Below, in pieces: positions 63,181-64,000 of a DNA stretch of 64,000 nt. Position numbers and translations under genes: made by a program. This DNA is from Rikenellaceae bacterium UBA1749. GTDB lineage: Bacteria > Bacteroidota > Bacteroidia > Bacteroidales > Rikenellaceae. Numbering within the stretch: the first letter of the stretch is position 1; every line of letters begins with the position of its first letter. The notes beneath the pieces were generated by a model. That model saw only the letters and a program-made list of their open reading frames with translations, was not told the origin of the DNA and did no database searches. The stretch is from positions 921-64,920 of the forward strand of contig DCHP01000069.1 in NCBI GenBank assembly GCA_002315675.1. The letters run 5' to 3'.

Positions 63181-63418
63181 ATTTGTTTGTTGAGTCCACC
63201 GTACAAAGTCCCTGGACTCGTAGGACATATTAAAAAATAATAATGTAAGGTCTCAACCTGAGCCTCCAAAAATTGTTTTTTCGAAAATTTCCGATTGTTT
63301 ATCGATAATTTCTCATCTTCATTTATTTTCTATGCGCGAAAATTCCGCAGAGAGTTTTATTGTTTTCGACTTCGCTTAGCATTTGAAGTTAAAAATAGGA
63401 CTTTTTAAGGTGGACCCA

Positions 63419-63826
63419 TTAATGAAAATCTGAAACAAATATTTCAGAAGGATTATCCAGCGGAACAAATTTACCTTCAGACGAACGACCGAAAACAAAA
63501 GAATCTACGCCATTTGTTACCATCACATATCTACAGGAAAGTTCATTATTATATTCAAAAACCTGAATAAGCACCTTCTCTGTTATTGGAACTGATGGAG
63601 CCTTGCATTCTATCACAAAAAAAGGAGACAAATCTTTTAGATAGACAACAAGATCTGCACGAAGTGAACGGCCAGCAACATTGAGAACAATTTCACGGCC
63701 AATCAGTGCTGGCGCAACACCATTCTTTTCCAACCAAGTAATCACATTTTGACGGACCTTTTCTTCAGGAGTTTCCTTTAGATACACGCCACGGATCTTA
63801 TCAAAAATCAATCCATTAGAGGACAT
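63419..63826 (-). CDS. Stand-alone HsdR N-terminal (type I REase-like nuclease) domain protein
   Basis: DKIR..TPEEKVRQ, RADLV, IECKA, Q..YN, VTNG. Confidence 0.85.
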   Translation of the reverse strand: MSSNGLIFDKIRGVYLKETPEEKVRQNVITWLEKNGVAPALIGREIVLNVAGRSLRADLVVYLKDLSPFFVIECKAPSVPITEKVLIQVFEYNNELSCRYVMVTNGVDSFVFGRSSEGKFVPLDNPSEIFVSDFH

Positions 63827-64000
63827 TACTGCTGCTTTTTTAATTTCTGGAATGGAATATCAAATGACTTTGGAATATCTGTTGAAAAGCTCATCTGCTC
63901 TTCTGTTTTTGGATGAAGGACTTCAACAAGTCCTGCGTGAAGAGCAACCCTCCGAATCGGATCTGTCTTTGCGCCATATTTTTTATCGCCCGCTATTGGA
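63826..64000 (-). CDS. RluA-family pseudouridine synthase, 3' part (truncated by window edge)
   Basis: Manual translation PIAGDKKYG..RVALHA..HPKT; TAATG overlap with next gene. Confidence 0.85.
   Translation of the reverse strand, partial: PIAGDKKYGAKTDPIRRVALHAGLVEVLHPKTEEQMSFSTDIPKSFDIPFQKLKKQQ

Noticed and set aside
63419..63826. Type I restriction-modification system
   Set aside because: Only a 135-aa stand-alone HsdR-N domain coupled to a pseudouridine synthase; no hsdM, hsdS or helicase

Overview
AT-rich chromosomal window from an anaerobic Bacteroidales-type bacterium. This assignment rests on TAnnTTTG -7 promoters and Bacteroidetes-style gene clusters. It holds about 45 mostly housekeeping genes: an AraC-linked RND efflux operon, xseAB, comA-dedA-aroE-dacA, PFOR, mutS, htpG, ung, an ABC-2/HlyD/TolC exporter, a sialidase, panB, metK, pepT-OPT, serC-serA-DUF1015, yicC-gmk-manA-ROK and a GH51. 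I found no rRNA, tRNA, CRISPR array, prophage or transposase. The most notable signal is non-coding. A ~97-bp miniature inverted-repeat element (MITE family 1: ~18-bp TIRs GAGTCYACTT..AAGTRGACTC, 6-bp A-N4-T target duplications) occurs 10 times plus one truncated copy. All copies are intergenic and fall into an old diverged subfamily and a young near-identical one. A second ~100-bp family (TIR GTAACTATTCA) has two direct-repeat copies bracketing mutS. The window also contains a decayed DUF4160/DUF2442 toxin-antitoxin pair and sigma54-like promoters in front of chaperone genes. All alignments were done by eye.
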